Shown: one piece after another, positions 25,361 to 31,309 of the stretch
Numbering within the stretch: position 1 is the stretch's first letter
How the letters are laid out: each line of letters starts with the position of its first letter
Virus record (IMG/VR): IMGVR_UViG_3300032234_000470
Location: 1-31,309 of that record
DNA from: a virus
Lineage: Duplodnaviria > Caudoviricetes
Length of the DNA stretch: 31,309 bases
Reading direction: 5' to 3' (one strand)
Program-made: the position numbers and the translations under genes
The notes under the pieces: generated by a model
The model's database searches: none
What the model saw: the letters and a program-made list of their open reading frames with translations, nothing else
Told to the model about the DNA's origin: nothing

Positions 25361-26933
25361 TGGAGTTGTTTTGAGAGTCGTCAGGGAATGGGGTGAATGA
25401 TTCCTGCTCAGGGGCAGGACTGTTTCCGAGCGTCTGGTCGATGTCCGCCGGATTGTTGGAAGGCTGGTAAATGGAGGAAACCGGAACATTGAACTCCGTC
25501 GCGGTTTCTTGGATGAGCTTGGCATCTGCGGCCCGGCGGCGGATTTCCTCGCGAGGGTCCATGCCAAGCTCGGAGAAGTGGTCGGACAGGGTCTTGAGTC
25601 CCATAGCGATGTCCTTCTGGTTGGCGGCAGATTCGCGTCCGGCATCGACGGTCACGCGGCGCGGAGTGACCCAATTGACCTTATACCATTCGTCGTTGGC
25701 AGGGAGGTCGCCTCTGGCGATGGCGTTGCCGATGACGTAGCCCCAGACCGGGGTAAGGAAGCGCGTCATGAACATGTGCTGGCGAGCGCCGAAGTGGCGT
25801 TCTGCCTTGCTGACGACGAGACGGATGGCCGCGCCACCGATTCCATTAGGGTCTGCCGTGAACTGATAGGGAAGGACTCCCGCGGTGGAATCTTTCTGGA
25901 GATGCTCGATGAAACCCGTGAAGCTGGCGTTCGGACGCTGGCTCTGGAAGCTCTCGAGCTTTTCACCCGGCGCAAGGGAGAGAATCTTTCCTCCGATAAA
26001 GGCTCCGACCTGTTCGGGATTATCGTAAACGCCGTTCGGGTAATCCTGCGGGCGCATACCGAAGGCTTGGAAGTCAGAAACACTACCGTCAAACTGCGGA
26101 TTCTCGCGAGTGATGGTGCGAGTGATGTCCGAGGCGGTCTTGACGGCAAGCTTCTCCATCGACAGAATCTCAAGGATGTCGATGAGGTTGTTGATGCTGT
26201 GTTGCATCGGCGAGTATGCTCGCGCGCCGGAGACATTCTCCGGATGATGCAGATGGAGCATCGAATTGGACGGAATAAGGCGCGTAGTGCCGTCGCTACG
26301 GATGACGTTGTATCCGACGACCGCGCCGTATTTGTTGAACATGATGCCGTCGAACATTCCTTCCGGTGCGCCCATGGCCGCGGCAGAAGTGCCAACCCGG
26401 TGAGATTCGATTAACTGAATCTTGGCTACTCCGTCAGGGGAGAAGGTCTTGAGGACGAACATTTCCCCGTCAACATCCACCTTTCGGCAGGCAATCTGCT
26501 GGCATTCCCAGAAGTTAAACCGCCCGGTGATGTCGCAAGGCTTGTTGGCCCAATCGAGGAAGTAATGCTCCGCAAGCGCGTTCCAAGTCTGGTCTTTGCT
26601 CGCGGCCTGACCACGGATGCCATCGCCGATGGCATACATGACATTGTCAGAAATCATCTGACGGATGAGGCCGGAGTTGACCGCCAGCCAGCGCATCTTG
26701 CGCGTCAGCTCTTGGCGGTCGAAGACCGTCATCACCTTCTTCTGGTCGGCGGGCCACGGAGTGTTGACCCATTGACGCTTGTTGGAATACTTCGCGCCTT
26801 CAAACTGAGAGAAGATGCCCGAACCTCCGCCGCCGAATCCGTCGGCCATGGTCTTCAGTCCCTTCTTGCGGGCATACGCCTTAACATCGGCGACAGCTTT
26901 GCGGACTTGGGACTTGGTAAGTTTCTTAGGCAT
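25353..26933 (-). CDS. portal protein, lambda family
   Basis: DRQELTRKMRWLAVNSG, VDGEMF, QLIESHRV, DGIMFNKYG, LAPGE and VDAGRE. Confidence 0.92.
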   Translation of the reverse strand: MPKKLTKSQVRKAVADVKAYARKKGLKTMADGFGGGGSGIFSQFEGAKYSNKRQWVNTPWPADQKKVMTVFDRQELTRKMRWLAVNSGLIRQMISDNVMYAIGDGIRGQAASKDQTWNALAEHYFLDWANKPCDITGRFNFWECQQIACRKVDVDGEMFVLKTFSPDGVAKIQLIESHRVGTSAAAMGAPEGMFDGIMFNKYGAVVGYNVIRSDGTTRLIPSNSMLHLHHPENVSGARAYSPMQHSINNLIDILEILSMEKLAVKTASDITRTITRENPQFDGSVSDFQAFGMRPQDYPNGVYDNPEQVGAFIGGKILSLAPGEKLESFQSQRPNASFTGFIEHLQKDSTAGVLPYQFTADPNGIGGAAIRLVVSKAERHFGARQHMFMTRFLTPVWGYVIGNAIARGDLPANDEWYKVNWVTPRRVTVDAGRESAANQKDIAMGLKTLSDHFSELGMDPREEIRRRAADAKLIQETATEFNVPVSSIYQPSNNPADIDQTLGNSPAPEQESFTPFPDDSQNNSNA

Positions 26934-26939
26934 AAACTC

Positions 26940-27206
26940 TTATAGACCTCGGAAGTTCCAGAGTCCATTGTAAACACGGACTCGGTCGATTGCTCCATAT
27001 TGGGCCGGGTCTTTGATTTGAAGCGCGTATCGGCATTCAATCAGAGTCGTCTGGATGTCCATCGGGAAGGACTTGGTCACCGAAGTGCCGGAATCCGTGT
27101 AGCTCATCATGGTCTTCCCCTCCATCAAGAGGCTTGCGGCCTTGTCAGCAATAGCCTCAATGCGAGCTTGAGATAGGATTAGAAAGCACCCGGTTGCCTG
27201 AGCCAT
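26940..27206 (-). CDS. head-tail joining (gpW-position) protein
   Basis: 88 aa between terminase and portal. Confidence 0.65.
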   Translation of the reverse strand: MAQATGCFLILSQARIEAIADKAASLLMEGKTMMSYTDSGTSVTKSFPMDIQTTLIECRYALQIKDPAQYGAIDRVRVYNGLWNFRGL

Positions 27207-27210
27207 AACC

Positions 27211-27225
27211 CTACGCGGGAGTCAA
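27211..27225 (-). promoter_or_regulatory. conserved late element, copy 5
   Basis: Exact 15-mer, 4 nt before ATG 27206. Confidence 0.85.
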
Positions 27226-27336
27226 AATGGAAGGCCCATCCCTTGACCATGTTGGCAGAGGGGATGGGTGCCGCCTCCGAAACCCATGCCCGAGCAAAGG
27301 AGGTGCGAGTTCAGTCTGACTGCCGGGATTGAAGTG

Positions 27337-29160
27337 TCAAGCCTCCGTCTCGCCGGAAGATTCCTTTTCCTCCGGCGCAACGACGTCATCAGGCTTTCCC
27401 GTAAGCCGCCAAGCCAAGGCCGGGAGGATGCAGATGACCTCGCAATCCCAGAAGTGATTGTCCTTTGAGCCGATTTGCTCCCAGAATGGCTTTCCGTTCG
27501 TGGCGATTGTTCTCTTCTCTGACTTCATCTGGTCGCGGTATTCATCCGAGACATCCTTGGGAATCATATGCTTGCCGCGCTTGATGAGCGCCGCCAGCAC
27601 GTCTTTCAGGCGCAGATTGGAGAAGTAGAATCGCTTCACGCGCTTACTTCCGACAGCTTCGACCACCGGGGCAGAGTAAGGCCGCAGTTCCGTCTTGAGG
27701 CCGACCGGGGTCTTGACCCTCCAAGCGAACTCGTTGCGCTGGTCGCCACGGGTAGCCACCCAGCCGTTAGCCGCACATGCCTGAAGCACCTCGTCTGGCT
27801 GGTAGCCTGAGTCGATGAAGACATTGGCCGGGTGGACTTGGTATTTCTTGTGGGCCTCGGCCAGCTGTGACCAAGAGAAGCAGTAACCGCAGTCAACAAG
27901 ACGGGAGCGTCCGTCGCCAGACCATCCTCGGATGACCCAATAGAAACCGCGCTTCTGCACGTCCACTCCCATGAACCGCATGCGCACAAAATCAGGCTCG
28001 GCCCGCATTTCCGGCGTGATTAGGTGGAAGGCCGTCGGGTGTCCCTTTACGAATCCGCCCTCCTGCTCCCAATCCGCACCCATGGCGAAATCGCCCGGCG
28101 CGGCATCGGTCTTTATCTCATCCGGCTGTTCTTCGAACTTTTCTGCGAGCCGTTTTTGGATGAAGATACGCAGAGGCTCCTCGTCGCCGTATTCCTCGAT
28201 GGATTCTTTGGCTTTGATTAGCATCACGGCCAGCTCACCCCAGCTCATCGTCGCGATGCTGTTCCAATGAAGGCCGATGTAGCTTGAGTTGCTGGACGCT
28301 TTTGTTGATACGAATTTACCCGCGGCGTTGGCTTCAAGACGGGTTGCGTTGGTGTCTGGAAGCTTCGTCTTGCAGGAAACACACTCGTAGGTAGTCCCGT
28401 GCGCAACCTTGAGCAGATTCCATTCCTCATTAACCTTTGCGTCTTCCGGAAACTTTACCTGTGACCAGACCCAAGGCTGAAGATGCCCGCAGGAAGGACA
28501 GCACATATTCCAATCCCGCATGTCCGTGGACTCATGTAGCTGGTGAAACTCCTGCCCGTCTTGACCACCCTGCGACATGAAGATGCGCTTGCCCATCCAA
28601 CCGAACGCCGTCACGCGCGCGCTCGCTTCGGCCAAGTGTCCGGGCGGAGCCATCCAACACTCGTCCGCGATGACGTAACGCAACGAAAGTCGCTGAAGGT
28701 TTGTCTCGTTGTGGATTCCGCGACAATAGATTGTCATGCGGTCAAAGTCAGAAGTCGTCGAACGCTCCATGTCGTCGTTCTTGAACTTTGCTTTCACCGG
28801 CGGGCAATTGTTCCAAACCGGGCGAAGGTATCGGATAGAGAAGTCTTTAGCCTCTGCATCCGTAGCCTGAAGCACCATGGTCGGGCCGGGTTGGTTCGCG
28901 ATGACGTAGCAGGAAAACAAACGGGCGAGCAAAGATTTGCCGGACTGAATGCTGGCAAGGATTGTCAGCAAGCGCGTCTCCGGGTCAGCCGCGATGCGCA
29001 AGGCCTCGGCAATCCACGGAGTGCGCTCCGCCCGGAACGGGCCGGGCATCGGCGAGTCAGGGATGGCGTTGACGTTATCCTCAAGCCATTGAACAATGTC
29101 TCCGGAGTAGGCTGGCTTCATGACGGTCTTGCCGACCTTTATCAGTTCAGCCTTATTCAT
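27337..29160 (-). CDS. terminase large subunit, lambda gpA family
   Basis: PGPFRAERTPW, QSGKS Walker A, IADE Walker B, CPSCGH and CVSC, GVDVQ, IDSGY and NHFWDC. Confidence 0.95.
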   Translation of the reverse strand: MNKAELIKVGKTVMKPAYSGDIVQWLEDNVNAIPDSPMPGPFRAERTPWIAEALRIAADPETRLLTILASIQSGKSLLARLFSCYVIANQPGPTMVLQATDAEAKDFSIRYLRPVWNNCPPVKAKFKNDDMERSTTSDFDRMTIYCRGIHNETNLQRLSLRYVIADECWMAPPGHLAEASARVTAFGWMGKRIFMSQGGQDGQEFHQLHESTDMRDWNMCCPSCGHLQPWVWSQVKFPEDAKVNEEWNLLKVAHGTTYECVSCKTKLPDTNATRLEANAAGKFVSTKASSNSSYIGLHWNSIATMSWGELAVMLIKAKESIEEYGDEEPLRIFIQKRLAEKFEEQPDEIKTDAAPGDFAMGADWEQEGGFVKGHPTAFHLITPEMRAEPDFVRMRFMGVDVQKRGFYWVIRGWSGDGRSRLVDCGYCFSWSQLAEAHKKYQVHPANVFIDSGYQPDEVLQACAANGWVATRGDQRNEFAWRVKTPVGLKTELRPYSAPVVEAVGSKRVKRFYFSNLRLKDVLAALIKRGKHMIPKDVSDEYRDQMKSEKRTIATNGKPFWEQIGSKDNHFWDCEVICILPALAWRLTGKPDDVVAPEEKESSGETEA

Positions 29161-29749
29161 CCTTTGAAAGCTCCGTGCGGATTCTCAGCGACCAAGCCTC
29201 AAGAGCCTTAACCGCCTTTGCCGGGTTCTCCGGGTTGCATGCCTCGGCGACGTCCAAGGCCAGCTTGTCTAATCTGTTAACGAATTCACTCGCAAGCTTC
29301 CGCATGGCTTCCGACGCATCGGAGGCCCGGATGTATTCCCGGTTCATCAGCGCGAGCCTGTCCGCCTCTGCCTTCAACTTGGTGAGGGTGTTGACGGTCT
29401 TATCGTAGGACGCGTAGAGCCGGGACTGCTGAGGGGAGCCGGACTTGACCGCCTTGATGTATTGGTTGCGCGAAATCTGAACAAGGATGCGCTGTCTCTC
29501 TACGATGGAGTCGAAGGTCTCCAGCACAGTCTGTGGAGCCTTTTCTTCGACCTCCTCGGCGGGTTCCTCCCCCGGTGCGGCATCGAGCTTGTAATCGCCC
29601 GGTGCGATGCCTGTCGTCAGGTGGCGTTGCGCCCTCCACTTCTCCGCCTCCTCAACGCTGTCCAGCGGCATCCCCTCAGACACAAGCTGGGAGATGCGGC
29701 CCGGAGAAAGCTCCCACCTTTCGGCGAGCGTCTTTTGGCTGACGGCCAT
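29153..29749 (-). CDS. terminase small subunit, Nu1-like
   Basis: N-terminal HTH SQKTLAERWELSPGRISQLVSEGMP; overlaps the large subunit start. Confidence 0.85.
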   Translation of the reverse strand: MAVSQKTLAERWELSPGRISQLVSEGMPLDSVEEAEKWRAQRHLTTGIAPGDYKLDAAPGEEPAEEVEEKAPQTVLETFDSIVERQRILVQISRNQYIKAVKSGSPQQSRLYASYDKTVNTLTKLKAEADRLALMNREYIRASDASEAMRKLASEFVNRLDKLALDVAEACNPENPAKAVKALEAWSLRIRTELSKDE

Positions 29750-30570
29750 CAGGCGGTCTTGTTTCGTTTCTTCAATTCAACCTCGGCGCGCTTTGCCCGG
29801 ATGCGGGAAATCTCGTCCTTCGGCATCTCGCAGTTCCACATCTGTTGGAGGCTGTAAAAGACCACAGTATATCGGACGGCATCCTCAGACAGCTTGCGGA
29901 TAGGGGTCACTCCGTGAAGGTAGGACTGTCCGTCAAACAAGGTAAGACTGCCGTGCGTACACTTCAAACACAGGTCAAGCTCCGGAAGGGCAAGGTATCC
30001 GCCCTCAATGTTCTTCTTGAACGCGAACATGGCCGACCACACATTCTTGTAGTTGCCCGCGTCGAAGTGATACTTCAAGGGGTTGTTGTGGTTGATGATG
30101 CCACTCGTGAACATTGACTTACCGATTCGGTATCCGGCCAGCACCTTCTCCTCGGTCAGCTGGAGATGAGTTTCCGCGAGGGACGGGTTGTATGCGTGAT
30201 AGTATTTCGCGGCCACCTCGGCGAATCGCTGAACCACGTCACTCTCGTTAGGTTGCTCGGCGGCGATGGACGCGGCCCGGCAAGGATGATTGCGGACGAC
30301 ATTACGCGGCGCGTATCCGAAGATGCGGCTCGTCGTAAGCAATCCGTTGCTTCGGTAGTTCTTGGAGTAGTTGACCCGGCCCAAGGCCTCGACGAACTCA
30401 CGCATGTCCTCGTCCACCTTGGCGATATAGACCAGAACAATCTGGTCGCCCAAGTAAACGATGGTGTTCTCGTCAATCAGCGTGGAGCCGTCCTCCGGCT
30501 TCGCGGAGCGAGACTTATATTCCTTGAGATTAATCTCCCTGAACTTGGCGTGTATTGACTTGATAGCCAT
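29749..30570 (-). CDS. TET/JBP-family 2OG-Fe(II) dioxygenase
   Basis: SRIFGYAPR, FTSGIIN, YHFDAGN (HxD), GGYLALPE, FDGQSYLHGVTP (distal H) and RYTVVFY (2OG Arg); likely start MAIKS at 30570. Confidence 0.88.
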   Translation of the reverse strand: MAIKSIHAKFREINLKEYKSRSAKPEDGSTLIDENTIVYLGDQIVLVYIAKVDEDMREFVEALGRVNYSKNYRSNGLLTTSRIFGYAPRNVVRNHPCRAASIAAEQPNESDVVQRFAEVAAKYYHAYNPSLAETHLQLTEEKVLAGYRIGKSMFTSGIINHNNPLKYHFDAGNYKNVWSAMFAFKKNIEGGYLALPELDLCLKCTHGSLTLFDGQSYLHGVTPIRKLSEDAVRYTVVFYSLQQMWNCEMPKDEISRIRAKRAEVELKKRNKTA

Positions 30571-31195
30571 TGGATTCCAGAAGATGGTTAACGACCTCAG
30601 CGTTGTTTGCAAGGCCGAACTTGTCGGCGTAGTCCGCGAGCGCGTCAATGACCGCGTTGTATTCCTCCATGCCGTAAACGAGGATAATCTGCCGAATGAT
30701 GGATTTGTCGTAGTCACCCTTGCGCTCGCTGATGCTCTTGCCGCGCTCCTCGCCGTCAGAGGTCAACTGCTCTACGTCACCCACATCGGTGATGAGATAA
30801 CCAAGGTCACTTTCGTCGAAGCCGATGAGCGACAGGTCGATTTCCCCGGCCTCCTGAATGGCAAGCAGTTCGGCCTTCAGGATGTCCGCGTCCCACCCGG
30901 CGTTCAGGGCAAGCTTGTTGTCCGCAAGCACATAGGCGCGCATCTGCGAGGGAGACAGGTGACTGAGAGTAATAGTCGGCACCTCAGTCATGCCAAGTTT
31001 AGTAGCCGCCGCAAGTCTGCCATGCCCGGCGATGACAGTTAAATCTTCTTGGATGAGGATGGGGTTGTTAAACCCAAACTCCTCGATGGATTTTGCAAGC
31101 TGTGCGACTTGCTCCTCGGAGTGCGTTCGCGCGTTGTTGGCATAGGGTTTGAGTGACGCGACTGCGGTGATTTTGATTTCGAATTTCTGGCTCAT
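30530..31195 (-). CDS. ParB/Srx N-terminal domain protein
   Basis: LKPYANNARTH, SIEEFGFNNPILI, IAGHGRLAAA and ADNKLALNAGWD; no methylase domain fused. Confidence 0.9.
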   Translation of the reverse strand: MSQKFEIKITAVASLKPYANNARTHSEEQVAQLAKSIEEFGFNNPILIQEDLTVIAGHGRLAAATKLGMTEVPTITLSHLSPSQMRAYVLADNKLALNAGWDADILKAELLAIQEAGEIDLSLIGFDESDLGYLITDVGDVEQLTSDGEERGKSISERKGDYDKSIIRQIILVYGMEEYNAVIDALADYADKFGLANNAEVVNHLLESNGYQVNTRQVQGD

Positions 31196-31309
31196 GGACG
31201 TGGTGGAGTTTAGGTTTGATGTTTTTTGCTAAAATGGTGCGTATTTCGGGCAGACGCGCACTCTGCGGAGCGTCCCCCCGAGGGGTTAAAAGATTCCTTA
31301 ACCGGGGTG

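Noticed and set aside
7495-27225. CRISPR-like array interpretation of the repeats
   Set aside because: Copies are kilobases apart and flank genes; no regular spacers or cas genes
30571-30717. Upstream extension of the TET ORF given in the track (similar extensions at 25361-25645 and 23926-24048)
   Set aside because: Lies inside the neighbouring gene with off-frame-like composition; downstream ATGs fit better
1-31309. tRNA, rRNA, integrase, transposase, reverse transcriptase/DGR or DNA methyltransferase
   Set aside because: No recognisable motifs by eye; a divergent member or one outside the window cannot be excluded

Overview
This window is part of a GC-rich tailed-phage (Caudoviricetes) genome, with every credible gene on the minus strand. 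In transcription order (right to left) it contains: a ParB-like protein and a TET/JBP-type 2OG-Fe(II) dioxygenase placed directly in front of a lambda-type packaging and head module (Nu1-like small terminase, gpA-like large terminase, gpW-like protein, portal, S49 protease, scaffold, capsid); neck and non-contractile tail genes and a tail fibre; a lysis-like cluster; three promoter-led cassettes of small early genes, which include an ArdA-like protein, a cupin, a TAGT/JGT-type DNA-base glycosyltransferase and a lytic transglycosylase; and recombination/replication genes (RuvC-like, ERF, PD-(D/E)XK exonuclease, dNMP kinase, metallophosphoesterase, DnaB-like helicase cut by the window edge). The most notable points are four. 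(1) A split base-hypermodification system (TET plus glycosyltransferase plus cupin) with no C5-methyltransferase visible. (2) A perfectly conserved 15-bp late element, TTGACTCCCGCGTAG-N4-A, present five times and implying leaderless transcripts. (3) Repeated early promoter and gene-junction elements. (4) Near-complete avoidance of GATC and CCWGG. All protein calls come from recognising motifs by eye; no database searches were run.
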